The notes below the pieces were generated by a model. It was not told the DNA's origin. It saw only the letters and a list, made by a program, of their open reading frames with translations, and did not search any database. A program made the position numbers and the translations under genes. This document shows positions 9,268 through 19,500 of a DNA stretch of 64,000 bases, one piece after another (within the stretch, counting starts at the first letter, position 1; every line of letters begins with the position of its first letter). The stretch comes from Alphaproteobacteria bacterium (lineage in GTDB: Bacteria > Pseudomonadota > Alphaproteobacteria > MPNO01): contig CBDFLJ010000001.1 in the NCBI GenBank assembly GCA_965248835.1, forward strand, positions 96,001 to 160,000, read 5' to 3'.

Positions 9268-10701
9268 ATGGCCAGGTCACGCATCGACATCCCGCCGGCA
9301 CCGGAGCCGCGCGAGGACCGCAACTTCGTCCTCGACAAGGACCTGCGCGGCCATTTGGAAACCCACACCGACATCGTGACCGTGGTGCGAAAGCCGGTCA
9401 GCATCGCGCATATCGGCGCGCTGTCGGCGAAGTCGGAACGGCCGATCCTGTTCGAGAACATCATCGAGAAGCCGGGCTTCCGGGTGCTCGACATCATGCT
9501 CAAGCACCGCCCCCTCCAGGCGCGCGCGCTGGGGGTGGCGGAAAAGGACTATCTGAAGACCCTGGCCTTCCGGCTGCGCCAGCCGCCCAGGCCGCACACC
9601 TATGTCGATACCGGGCCGGTCAAGGAGGTCATCCTGACCGGCGCCGACATCGACCTCCGCGCCCTGCCGATCGCGCAACATTCGACCGCCGCCCCGGGAC
9701 CGCAAATCGGCTGCATGAACATCCTCAAAGACCCCGAGACCGGGTTCTACAACGCGATGCACGCGCTGACGACACCGACCGGGCCGGACACCGCCGTCAG
9801 TCTGTTCATCACCCCGCACAGCACGCAGATCATCCGCAAATACATCGATATGGGCCTGGCGGAGATGCCGATCGCGTATGTCATCGGCACCCCGCCAGCC
9901 TACGAGATCATGACGAATTTTTCCGGTCTGCACATGGATTCCTGGGGCGAGGTGGACATGTTCGGCACCATCATGGACCAGGATATCGAGATGGTGCGGG
10001 CGGAGACCGTGGACCTCTACGTCCCCGCCAACGCGGAGATCGTCATCGAGGGCATCGTCAAGGTCAAAAACATGGTCGATGCCGACGGCGGGCCGAACCC
10101 GCTGATGTATTCGATCCCGCGGATGATCCCGCAGCCGGTGGTCAACATCACCGCGATCACCATGCGGGCCGACAGGCCGATCTACCGCAACTTCCAGACC
10201 ACGCCGGAGACCGACCACCAGGTGATCCCGCGGCTGTGCCACGAGGCGGTGCTCTACAACCGGCTGACCGAGATGGGGGTCCGGGTCAAGGACGTGCGGT
10301 TCCCGACCTGGGGCGGGGCGATGTCCTGCATCCTGCAGACCGAGGGCATCGCGCGCGAGGGGCTGATGACCGATGCGCTGCTCATGATGATGAGCTGCCC
10401 GTGGAACAACGCCAAGCTGTCGGTGGCGATCTCCGAGGATACCGACATCGACGACCCGGGCGCGGTCTATCACGCGATGGCCACGCGCTGCGATCCGGAG
10501 CTCGATGCCGTGCGCATCAAGCGCTCGCGCGGCTCGGCATGGGACCCCTCGGCGCGCCCGATCGCGGGCGAGGTGATCCACCGAGTGGTCGGAAAGCTCG
10601 GCCTGGATGCGACCATCAAGGACCGCCACGATCCCACCGACTTCGAATACGCCTGGCCGATCGGCTGGGACGATGTCCGGCTCGAAGACGTCATCGATTG
10701 A
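9268..10701 (+). CDS. UbiD family (prFMN-type) decarboxylase-like protein with atypical active site
   Basis: DLRGHL, ILFENI, GPVKEVILTGADIDL, VPANAEIVIEG, EDTDIDD...AMATR and KLGLDAT motifs. Confidence 0.85.
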   Translation: MARSRIDIPPAPEPREDRNFVLDKDLRGHLETHTDIVTVVRKPVSIAHIGALSAKSERPILFENIIEKPGFRVLDIMLKHRPLQARALGVAEKDYLKTLAFRLRQPPRPHTYVDTGPVKEVILTGADIDLRALPIAQHSTAAPGPQIGCMNILKDPETGFYNAMHALTTPTGPDTAVSLFITPHSTQIIRKYIDMGLAEMPIAYVIGTPPAYEIMTNFSGLHMDSWGEVDMFGTIMDQDIEMVRAETVDLYVPANAEIVIEGIVKVKNMVDADGGPNPLMYSIPRMIPQPVVNITAITMRADRPIYRNFQTTPETDHQVIPRLCHEAVLYNRLTEMGVRVKDVRFPTWGGAMSCILQTEGIAREGLMTDALLMMMSCPWNNAKLSVAISEDTDIDDPGAVYHAMATRCDPELDAVRIKRSRGSAWDPSARPIAGEVIHRVVGKLGLDATIKDRHDPTDFEYAWPIGWDDVRLEDVID

Positions 10702-10710
10702 GGCCCTGCC

Positions 10711-11208
10711 ATGCCGATCGGACGGCTCGCGGCGCTCCTGATCGCCTGTTTTCTTCCGGCCGGCGCCGGCGCCGATGAGGTCGGCTCGGTCGATACCGCC
10801 TTCAAGCTGCTCGGCGCCAACCACAAGATCGTCGTCGAGGCCTTCGACGATCCCAAGGTCGAGGGCGTGACCTGTTTCGTGTCGATGGCGCGAAAGGGCG
10901 GGATCTCGGGCAGCCTGGGCCTTGCCGAGGACACCTCCGATGCCTCGATCGCCTGCCGCCAGGTCGGGCCGATCCAGTTTGCCGCCCCGATCAGCGGCGC
11001 GCCCGGGGGCGAGCGCGTCTTCAAGGCCCGGCGGTCGGCGCTGTTCAAGCGGCTTCAGGTGATGCGGTTCCTCGACCATCGGCGCAACGCGCTGGTTTAT
11101 CTGGTGTTCAGCGACAAGTTGATCGACGGCTCGCCCAAGAACGCGGTCTCCGCGGTGGCCTTGATGCCGTGGGGCGACCAGCCGCCGGGCAAGCCGATCC
11201 TGCGCTAA
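10711..11208 (+). CDS. creA: CreA family protein
   Basis: Signal peptide; [32 protein letters not shown] and [10 protein letters not shown]. Confidence 0.92.
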   Translation: MPIGRLAALLIACFLPAGAGADEVGSVDTAFKLLGANHKIVVEAFDDPKVEGVTCFVSMARKGGISGSLGLAEDTSDASIACRQVGPIQFAAPISGAPGGERVFKARRSALFKRLQVMRFLDHRRNALVYLVFSDKLIDGSPKNAVSAVALMPWGDQPPGKPILR

Positions 11209-11304
11209 GCCGGCTGCCCCCCTGACGGCAGCGGGCGGGCTCGGCTATTTTGCGCGCGGACTGTGAATTGGGAGAGGCGGGGTGCAACCGACCCGCGGAT
11301 CGAC

Positions 11305-13638
11305 ATGACGGCGAGGGTTCTCGGCCAGCCGGTCCCGCGCCTCGAAGACCCGGCGCTGCTGCGCGGCCGGGCGTGCTTCGTCGACGATCTGCATTTCTCC
11401 GACCTGCTGCACGGCTCGTTCGTGCGCAGCGGCGAGGCCCACGCGCGCCTGCGCGGGATCGACGCCGCCGAGGCGCTGGCCGCGCCGGGCGTCCAGGCGG
11501 TGCTGACGCTGGACGACATACGGCCGCACGTGACCAACGTGCGGATGCCGCTGGGCCAGCCCTCGGCCGCGATCCGCCATGCGCTCGACCCACCGATTCT
11601 GGCGGACGGCGAGGTCCGCTATGTCGGCGAGCCGGTGGCGCTAGTGATCGCCGATCACCCCTATCGCGCCGAGGACGCCGCGGGGTTGGTGGCGATCGAC
11701 TACGGCACCCTGCCGGCGGCGATCGATTGCCGCGATGCGCTCGCCCCCGGCGCGGCGCCGGCCCATGCGGGGCTGGCCGACAATCTCGTCGCTCGGCTCG
11801 ACATCGGCTACGGCGACTGCGAGGCGGCGTTCGCGCAGGCCGCCCATGTCGTCGGTGCGGCGATGCACCAGAACAAGGGGCTCGGCCACGCCATCGAATG
11901 CCGCGGCGTTCTGGCCCGGCCCGATCCGAATGACGGCAGGCTCACCGTCTGGTCCGGCACCCAGATGCCCCATCGCGGCCACGCGGTGCTGTGCGACTTG
12001 CTGGGCTGCGCAGAGGATGCGCTGCGGGTTGTCGCGCCCGACGTCGGCGGCGGGTTCGGGCCCAAGTTCGTCTTCTATGCCGAAGAGGCCGCGGTGGCGG
12101 TCGCCGCGCGGATTACCGCACGGCCGGTCAAGTGGATCGAGGATCGGCGCGAGCACTTCATCGCGACCACCCAGGAGCGGGACCAGTTCTGGGACATGGA
12201 GATGGCGCTGGATGCCGACGGACGAATGCTGGCGGTGCGCGGCAGCCTGATCCACGACCACGGCGCCTATACGCCCTACGGGGTGAACCTGCCCCACAAC
12301 GGGGCGACCAACCTGCTGGGCCCCTATGTGCTGCCCAACTTCTCGCTTCAGGTCTCGATCGCCGCCACCAACAAGGTGCCGGTCACCCCGGTGCGCGGCG
12401 CCGGGCGGCCGCAGGGCACGTTCGTCATGGAGCGGCTGCTCGACCGCGCCGCGGCCAGGCTCTGCATCGACCGGGCCGAAATCCGCCGGCGCAACCTGAT
12501 CCAGCCCGCCTCCATGCCCTATCCGATCCCGGTCAAGAACCGCGACGGCAAGTTCATGACCTATGACAGCGGCGATTATCCGGCCGCGCTTGCCATGGCG
12601 CTGGAAGCGGCCGGCTATGACGGCTTCGCCGCCCGCCAGGAAGCAGCCCGTGCAGACGGCAGGTTCATCGGCATCGGCATCGCCAACTATGTCGAGGGCA
12701 CCGGCCGCGGCCCGTTCGAGTCCGCCCGGGTCAAGATCGGCCCGTCCGGCCGCATCAGCGTTGCCACCGGCGCGACCAGCCAGGGCCAGGGGCTCAAGAC
12801 CGCGCTCGCCCAGGTCTGCGCCGAGGCGCTGGGCGTCGATGTCGCCGACGTCGGGGTCACCGCGGGCGATACCGATGCGGTGACCTTGGGGCTTGGCGCC
12901 TTCGCCAGCCGTCAGGCGGTCACCGCCGGATCCTCGGTCCACCTCGCGAGCATGGAACTGCGCGAAAAAGCGCTCACCGTCGCGGCTCAGGTCCTGGAGG
13001 CCGCGCGCGAGGACCTCGAAATCGTCGCCGGGCGGGTCAGGGTGTGCGGCGTGCCCGATCTGTCGATCAGCCTGGGCGAGATCTCCCGTGGGCTTGCCGG
13101 CCAGCCGGGCTTCGCCCTGCCGGGCGGGGTGGGGCCGGGGATGGAGGCGCTTGCGAGCTTCGAGCCGGAGACGGTCACCTTCTGCAACGGCTGCCACGTC
13201 GCCGAGGTCGAAATCGACATCGACACCGGCGCCGTCACCGTCGCGGCGTATACCGTGATCCACGATTGCGGCCGGATGATCAACCCGATGGTGGTCGAAG
13301 GCCAGATCGTCGGCGGGGCGGTCCACGGGCTGGGCAGCGCGCTGTTCGAGCGCATGGTCTTTGACCAAACGGGTCAGCCGCAGACCACCAATCTGGGCGA
13401 GTACGTGATGCCGAGCGCGCCCGAATGCCCGCGGCTGTGCATCGCGCACATGGAATCGCCGAGCCCGCTCAACCCACTGGGCGTCAAGGGCGCGGGCGAA
13501 GGCGGGGTGATCCCGGTGCCGGCCGCCATCGCCGCCGCGATCGAGGACGCGCTGGCGCCCTACGGCGTTGCCATCAACGACGTGCCCATGACGCCCGAAA
13601 GGCTGGTCCGACTGATCCGAAGCGCGCAGGACGCCTGA
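11305..13638 (+). CDS. Xanthine dehydrogenase family molybdopterin-binding large subunit (CoxL-like)
   Basis: RLEDPALLRG, VGGGFGPK, RGAGRPQG, QGQG and KGAGEGG motifs. Confidence 0.92.
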   Translation: MTARVLGQPVPRLEDPALLRGRACFVDDLHFSDLLHGSFVRSGEAHARLRGIDAAEALAAPGVQAVLTLDDIRPHVTNVRMPLGQPSAAIRHALDPPILADGEVRYVGEPVALVIADHPYRAEDAAGLVAIDYGTLPAAIDCRDALAPGAAPAHAGLADNLVARLDIGYGDCEAAFAQAAHVVGAAMHQNKGLGHAIECRGVLARPDPNDGRLTVWSGTQMPHRGHAVLCDLLGCAEDALRVVAPDVGGGFGPKFVFYAEEAAVAVAARITARPVKWIEDRREHFIATTQERDQFWDMEMALDADGRMLAVRGSLIHDHGAYTPYGVNLPHNGATNLLGPYVLPNFSLQVSIAATNKVPVTPVRGAGRPQGTFVMERLLDRAAARLCIDRAEIRRRNLIQPASMPYPIPVKNRDGKFMTYDSGDYPAALAMALEAAGYDGFAARQEAARADGRFIGIGIANYVEGTGRGPFESARVKIGPSGRISVATGATSQGQGLKTALAQVCAEALGVDVADVGVTAGDTDAVTLGLGAFASRQAVTAGSSVHLASMELREKALTVAAQVLEAAREDLEIVAGRVRVCGVPDLSISLGEISRGLAGQPGFALPGGVGPGMEALASFEPETVTFCNGCHVAEVEIDIDTGAVTVAAYTVIHDCGRMINPMVVEGQIVGGAVHGLGSALFERMVFDQTGQPQTTNLGEYVMPSAPECPRLCIAHMESPSPLNPLGVKGAGEGGVIPVPAAIAAAIEDALAPYGVAINDVPMTPERLVRLIRSAQDA

Positions 13639-13691
13639 TGGCGGTCGCGATCACCGCCGGTCCCGGTGCAAGGGCGGTGATGGGACGGCGC

Positions 13692-13718
13692 CCGGACGGG
13701 CGGCGCGCGCCTGTCCGG
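13692..13718. terminator. GC-rich hairpin between convergent genes
   Basis: CCGGACGGGCG...CGCCTGTCCGG inverted repeat; no U-tract. Confidence 0.4.
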
Positions 13719-13726
13719 ACCGCGCC

Positions 13727-14710
13727 CTAGATGTTCACCGTCGGCATCTGGCCCTTCGGATAGCGGTCGCCGGCGGTGAAGTCAGGCGGCGCGGCGGCAT
13801 CCAACGCGGCGATCTCGCCTTGCGTCAGGCCGATCTCGGCCGCGGCGATGTTGTCGACCAGATGTTCGCGCCGTTTGGTTCCGGGGATCGGCACGACGGT
13901 GTCGGACTTGGCCATGGTCCAGGCGAGCGCGAGCTGCGCCGGGCTGCAGCCCTTGGCCGACGCGATTTCCTCGACCGGGTCCAACAGGGCGGTGTTGTGG
14001 GCGATGTTCTCGGCGGTGAAGCGTGGGTGGTCGCGCCGCCGGTCGCTCTCGCCCAGGTCACCGAGCGCGCGCACCGCGCCGGTCAGGAAACCGCGGCCGA
14101 GCGGCGCGTAGGCCACGAAGGTCGTGCCAAGTGCGGCACATGTCGGCAGCAGATCGTCCTCGGCAAACCGCGTCCACAGGGAGTATTCGGTCTGCAGGGC
14201 AGAGATCGGATGGACCGCGTGCGCCCGCCGCAGCGTTCCCGCGGCGGCCTCCGACAGGCCGAGCGCCCTCGCCTTGCCCTGTTCGACCAGACGCGCCATC
14301 GCGCCCACGGTGTCCTCGATCGGCACGTCGGGATCGACCCGGTGCTGGTAGTAGAGGTCGATGGTCTCCACCCCCAGCCGCTTGAGGCTCGCCTCGCAAG
14401 CCGCGATGACATAGTCCGGGCGGCCGTCGGCGCCGGGCTTGCCGTCGGGCTTGCGCACGTTGCCGAACTTGGTTGCCAACACCACCTTGTCGCGCCGGCC
14501 GGCGACGGCCCGGCCGACCAGCTCTTCGTTGCTGCCGTTGCCGTAGGCATCGGACGTATCGATGAAATCGAGTCCGGCGTCGACCGCCCGGTGGATGGTC
14601 GCGATCGACTCCGCGTCCTCGGCCGCGCCGTAGAGCCCGGTCATGGTCATGCATCCAAGCCCGATGGCGGAGATCTCGATCGACGAATTGCCCAGCCTGC
14701 GGTGTTTCAT
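13727..14710 (-). CDS. Aldo/keto reductase
   Basis: [30 protein letters not shown] and PIPGTK motifs. Confidence 0.95.
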   Translation of the reverse strand: MKHRRLGNSSIEISAIGLGCMTMTGLYGAAEDAESIATIHRAVDAGLDFIDTSDAYGNGSNEELVGRAVAGRRDKVVLATKFGNVRKPDGKPGADGRPDYVIAACEASLKRLGVETIDLYYQHRVDPDVPIEDTVGAMARLVEQGKARALGLSEAAAGTLRRAHAVHPISALQTEYSLWTRFAEDDLLPTCAALGTTFVAYAPLGRGFLTGAVRALGDLGESDRRRDHPRFTAENIAHNTALLDPVEEIASAKGCSPAQLALAWTMAKSDTVVPIPGTKRREHLVDNIAAAEIGLTQGEIAALDAAAPPDFTAGDRYPKGQMPTVNI

Positions 14711-14877
14711 GTTTCCCGATCCTCGTCGTTCAGCCCGCCCGACCTCGCCCGGAGTCTGGCACGCCACACCGCGCCGGCCAAATCGGCCGCTGCGGTGTGG
14801 CGCGATAGCCGGTTGTGTTAGCGACACCATGGCGTCACTTTATACACACGGAAATCAAAGACGGGAGGGTGGGAGAC

Positions 14878-15963
14878 ATGAGACCCCTGCACGAATTCTG
14901 GCTTGGCACGGCCGCGATGGCCGCCGGTGCCGTCATTGCCGCCGGCGCGGCGGCGGCGGCGCCCAAGACAATCGCCATCACTGCGGTCGACGGCTACCCG
15001 CCAAAGGCGCTGCAGGTGCGGACCTTCATCAACTATTTCATCCCGGAGGCCGACAAGCGCCTGGCGAAGTCCGGCAAATACAAGATCCGCTGGAACCAGG
15101 CCTTCGCCGGCCAGATCGTCAAGGTGCGCAACGTCATCACCGGCATGCAGAAGGGGCTGGGCGACATCGGCGTCGTGACCAGCGTGTTCCACCAGGACAA
15201 GGTGCCGATGCAGGCCGTCGCCTATGTGACGCCGTTCGTGACCGCCGACCCGGTGCTTCTGTCGCGCACCGTCGACGCGCTCGCCGAGAAGTTCCCGGCG
15301 ATGAAGGACGCCTGGAAGAAATACAACCAGGTGCTCCTGACCAGCTTCTCGGTGATCGACGGCTACCAGATGTTTTTCAGGAAGAAAGTCACCAGCCTGG
15401 ATGACTTCAAGGGCCTGAAGATCGCCGGCGCCGGCATCAACATGCGCTACCTGACCGGCACCGGCGCGACACCGGTGATCGGATCGATGGTCCACTACTA
15501 CAACAAGTTCAAGACCGGGGCGATCGACGGCTCGATGCTGTGGACCGACGCAGCCGTTGCCTTCAAGCTGGTCGACGGCGGCGCGAAGTTCATGTTCAAG
15601 GCCGACATCGGCACCGCCAATTCCAAGGCGCTGACGATGAACGCCGATTCCTACAAGCGGCTGCCGGCGGAAGTCCGCGCCGTGATCCATGAAGTGGCCC
15701 GCGACTACCGCGACCACACCGCGCAAGCGGCGATCGACGACGCCGGCAAGGCGTTCGACAACTTCAGGAAGCGGGGCGGCCAGATCTTCCAGATGTCCGG
15801 CGAAGCCCGTGCGCGCTGGGCCAAAACCATGCCGAATATCGCCAAGCAATGGGCCAGCGGCCTCGACAAGCAGGGCCTCCCCGGCACCAAGCTGCTGAGC
15901 GCCTATATGGACAGGATGCGGGCGGCAAACCAGCCGATCATGCGGCAGTGGGACAAGGAGTAG
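14878..15963 (+). CDS. TRAP transporter substrate-binding protein (DctP family)
   Basis: Signal peptide, SLDDFKGLKI motif; first gene of a dctPQM cluster. Confidence 0.9.
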   Translation: MRPLHEFWLGTAAMAAGAVIAAGAAAAAPKTIAITAVDGYPPKALQVRTFINYFIPEADKRLAKSGKYKIRWNQAFAGQIVKVRNVITGMQKGLGDIGVVTSVFHQDKVPMQAVAYVTPFVTADPVLLSRTVDALAEKFPAMKDAWKKYNQVLLTSFSVIDGYQMFFRKKVTSLDDFKGLKIAGAGINMRYLTGTGATPVIGSMVHYYNKFKTGAIDGSMLWTDAAVAFKLVDGGAKFMFKADIGTANSKALTMNADSYKRLPAEVRAVIHEVARDYRDHTAQAAIDDAGKAFDNFRKRGGQIFQMSGEARARWAKTMPNIAKQWASGLDKQGLPGTKLLSAYMDRMRAANQPIMRQWDKE

Positions 15964-15969
15964 CCGCGT

Positions 15970-16518
15970 TTGCCCGATAACCGGCCCGTAGGCGGGACGG
16001 GGTTGCAAGAAGCCGCCCCGCTCCGCTTTTTCGGGCGAATCGTCGGCGGCATGAACGCGGCGGGATCCTGCTGGATCGTGGTCCTCATGCTGCTGATCAA
16101 CACCGAGGCGATCGGACGGTCGGCGTTCAACCAGCCGATCATCGGCGTCATCGAGATGATCGAGATCTCGATCGTCGGGATCGTGTTCATGCAGCTCGCC
16201 GACTCGTTGCGCCGCGGCGTGCTGACCCGCTCCGACGGGCTGTTCAACCAGGTCATGGCGCGCCGGCGCAAGGCCGGTCACGTCATGGGCGCCCTCACCA
16301 TGCTGCTGGGCGCGGTCTTCATGTGCCTGATCCTCTGGGGGATGGTGCCGTTCCTGATCGATGCCTGGCGGAACGACCACTATATCGGCGTCGAGGGCAT
16401 GTTCACCGCACCGGTCTGGCCGGTCGCCCTGATCATCGTCGTCGCCATCGCGGTGACGATGATCCAGTTCCTGATAAACCTCGCCGGGTACATCCGGCCG
16501 CTCGCACCGCACCGCTAG
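15970..16518 (+). CDS. TRAP transporter small permease (DctQ)
   Basis: Four TM segments, GRSAFNQPIIGVIEMIE. Confidence 0.9.
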   Translation: MPDNRPVGGTGLQEAAPLRFFGRIVGGMNAAGSCWIVVLMLLINTEAIGRSAFNQPIIGVIEMIEISIVGIVFMQLADSLRRGVLTRSDGLFNQVMARRRKAGHVMGALTMLLGAVFMCLILWGMVPFLIDAWRNDHYIGVEGMFTAPVWPVALIIVVAIAVTMIQFLINLAGYIRPLAPHR

Positions 16519-16532
16519 GGCGCGTAACGATC

Positions 16533-17852
16533 GTGGTCGGTGTCGAGATCGGAATCGTATCGGTCTTCCTGATCCTGTTGCTGATCTATGGCGGCATCCA
16601 TGTCGCGGTGGCGCTCGGGCTGGTCTCGTTCGTCGGCGTCTGGGTCTATCGCGGCTCGATCGATATCGCGATCAGCCTGCTGGCCGAAGCGACCCATGAC
16701 ACCATCGCCCACGAGGTGTTTGCCAACGTGCCGCTGTTCGCGTTGATGGGCATCGTCGCCAGCGAGATCGGGCTCGGCGCGGACGTCTACCGGATCGCCG
16801 ACCGGGTCTTTCACCGCATCCGCGGCGGGCTGGGCATGGCGACCGTGGCGGCCAACGCCCTGTTCGCTTCGATCACCGGGTCCTCGATCGCCTCGGCCTC
16901 GGTGTTCACCCGGATCGCGGTGCCCGAGATGCTGGCCTACGGCTACACCCGCCCGTTCTCGGTCGGGGTGGTGGCCGGCAGCTCGGTGCTGGGCATGCTG
17001 ATCCCGCCGTCGGCGATGTTGATCATCTATGCGATCGTCGCCGAGCAATCGGTCGGCGAGATGTTCATCGCCGGCTTCATCCCGGGTATCGTGCTGGCGA
17101 TCGCCTACGTGCTCGGCATCCTGGCGATGTCCTATCTCGCGCCCCGCTTCATCGGCGGGTCGATGGACCGGCCGGCTGGCGAGGCGCTACCGGATCTGGG
17201 CGCCTGGGAGGTCGTGAAGCTTCTCACCCCGGTCGCGTTCCTGGTGATCGTCGTGCTCGGCGGCATCTATTCGGGCTGGTTCTCGCCGGAAGAGGCCGGT
17301 GCCGCGGGTTCGGCCGGGGCGCTTGCGATCGGCGTCCTGAAGCGCCGGCTGACCTGGCAGGGGCTGTGGCGCGTCCTGGTTGAGACCGGCCACATCACGG
17401 CGGCCATTCTGTTCCTGATCATCTCCGCGTCGATGTACAGCCGGATGCTGGGCGTCGCCGCCCTGCCGACCCTGTTCAGCGAATGGCTGACCGGCATGGA
17501 CCTGGGGCTGAACGGCATGATGGCGATCTACGTCGTGCTGATGGTGCTCCTCGGCACGATCATCGAGACCGCATCGATCATCCTGATCGTGGTGCCGCTG
17601 TTCCTGAGCTCGGTCGAGGCGCTGGGGGGCAACATCGTCTGGTTCGGCATCGTCACCGTGATCGGCGCGGAGATCGGCCTGCTCACCCCGCCGCTCGGGA
17701 TTTCGTGCTTCACCATCAAGAGCACGATCCGCGACCCGTCGATCACACTGTCGCACATCTTCATGGGCGCCTTCCCGTTCGCCTGCATCATGCTGGTCGT
17801 GCTGATCGCGGTGATCGCCTTCCCCTGGCTCAGCCTGGCGTTGCTGATCTAG
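16533..17852 (+). CDS. TRAP transporter large permease (DctM)
   Basis: VPLFALMG, FASITGSSIA, LGMLIPPS and GLLTPPLG motifs; GTG start inferred. Confidence 0.92.
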   Translation: MVGVEIGIVSVFLILLLIYGGIHVAVALGLVSFVGVWVYRGSIDIAISLLAEATHDTIAHEVFANVPLFALMGIVASEIGLGADVYRIADRVFHRIRGGLGMATVAANALFASITGSSIASASVFTRIAVPEMLAYGYTRPFSVGVVAGSSVLGMLIPPSAMLIIYAIVAEQSVGEMFIAGFIPGIVLAIAYVLGILAMSYLAPRFIGGSMDRPAGEALPDLGAWEVVKLLTPVAFLVIVVLGGIYSGWFSPEEAGAAGSAGALAIGVLKRRLTWQGLWRVLVETGHITAAILFLIISASMYSRMLGVAALPTLFSEWLTGMDLGLNGMMAIYVVLMVLLGTIIETASIILIVVPLFLSSVEALGGNIVWFGIVTVIGAEIGLLTPPLGISCFTIKSTIRDPSITLSHIFMGAFPFACIMLVVLIAVIAFPWLSLALLI

Positions 17853-17970
17853 CAGGATGTGGCGCTTGCGGCCCGTGACCTTCTTGCCCGCGTCATAGCC
17901 CTGCGGGTCGAACGAGGCCCCCCTTTTTGTGCCGCCAAAGCGCCCCGGCTGGCCGCCCGTATTGCGCGGC

Positions 17971-19041
17971 TAGAGCACTTCAAGTTTACTTGGCCCCATA
18001 GCCGGCGTTGAGGAAGAAGTTTCGGCATTCGGTTGGATCGAACAGGTCGATTGCTTCGGCGATGGCTTGCCAGAGCGCCTCCTTGGATCGGGCGGCGGCC
18101 TTTCGGAGCAGCGCCTTGAGCTTGGCAAAGGCCTGTTCGATGGGGTTGAGCTCGGGTGAGTAGGCCGGCAGATAGAGCAGGAACGCGCCGCGCGCCTTGA
18201 TGGCCTGACGCACGCCCGCGACCTTGTGGGCCGACAGGTTGTCCATGACGACGACATCACCTGGCCGCAGGCAAGGCGCCAGGATCTGTTCGACGTAGGT
18301 TCTGAAGGCGTCGCCGTCCATGGCGCCGTCGAGCACCATGGGAGCGTGCAAGCCATCCAGGCGCAGCCCGGCGACGAAGGTGGTGGTCTTCCAGTGGCCC
18401 CAGGGCAGGGCGGCGTTCAGGCGTTGGCCGCGGGGACAGCGCCCGCGCAGCCGGGCCATGTTGGTCTTGGCTCCGGTCTCATCCACGAACACCAGCCGCT
18501 CCGGTCTCAGCCAGTGCTGCCAGCGGCGCCAGTGGCGGCGCTTAACGGCAATGTCGGGACGGTGATCATCCTCGATGGTCCGCGGCCGCCCCCTGTTCGA
18601 AGTTTTTTTAAAGCTGTAGTCCTCAGCGCCCTGAGCTGAGTGTCTCATTGATCGCCTGCAACGAGATCGCGACCGCCTTCTCGGCGGCCAGCCGGCCTTG
18701 CAGCTCCGCCAGCGTGATGTCCGGCTGCTCCCGCATGACCGCATGCAGCCAGTCCTCATGACCGGCAAGCTTGCGCTTGCGTCCGTCGCCCGGCTTGACC
18801 GGGGCGTAATCCCCGCTCCGCCGCCAACGCCGCACCAGCTTGATCACGCTCGACGCACTGACATCGAAACGCTCCGCCGTTGCCCGACACGATGCGCCGC
18901 TCGCCACCGCAGCCAACATCCGCCGACGCAGATCCAAGGAATGAGCATGGCCCATAGCGTGTTGCCACGGTCGCTAACCACAACATCTTGTGAAACTCCG
19001 AACCACAAACCTACGATTCCGCGCAAGCTTGAACCGCTCTA
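17971..19041 (-). mobile_element. IS630-family insertion sequence (two-ORF type, degenerate)
   Basis: Imperfect terminal IRs TAGAGCACTTCAAG / TAGAGCGGTTCAAG in CTAG context; HTH orfA plus DDE orfB. Confidence 0.9.
17986..18955 (-). pseudogene. IS630 transposase (orfA 18623-18955 HTH, orfB 17986-~18600 DDE), disrupted at the junction
   Basis: FVDETG, VMDNLSAHK and LPAYSPELNPIE motifs; premature stop after a CTCAG duplication just before the A7 frameshift run. Confidence 0.85.
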
Positions 19042-19500
19042 GGCGGTCCGCTTCAGCAAGCGATCGACTTCGCACAGAAAAGGGCCGGGCTGCTCGGCGT
19101 GCACCCGGTGGCCGGCGTCCGATATTTCGGCGAATTCCGCCCGCGGAAAACAGCATTCGATGTTCGGGCGGTGGCCAAGGCGGATATCGTCCGATTGCGC
19201 TCCGGCGATAAACAAGGTCGGGCCGTCGAACACACCGGGCGAGGCGATTTGCGGGAAATCCCATAGCGCGGACCGTGAGGATGGGATCGCATCCAGCTTG
19301 ATCCACCAGACGTAGCGACCGTCACGCGGCACCAAGTTCTGCAACAGCAGCCCGCGCCATCGTCCACCCGCTGGGCCAGCATCTCATCGGCATCGGACCG
19401 CCGCGACACCGCCTCCAGATCGACCGTCTATAACGCATCGATCAAGGGCGCGAAGCCGTGTTCGTAGCGCACCGGCGCGATGCCTGCCAATCCCTGTGCC
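19039..19500 (-). pseudogene. Alpha/beta hydrolase (YbfF-like esterase) remnant
   Basis: Fragments IAPVRYEH...SRRSDAD...LLQNL...PTLFIAG...AGHRVHAEQP with an in-frame TAG at 19428-19430 and frameshifts; N-terminus missing. Confidence 0.75.

Noticed and set aside
11305-13638. Aerobic CO dehydrogenase (coxL)
   Set aside because: Lacks the AYxCSFR motif and has no coxMS or accessory genes nearby
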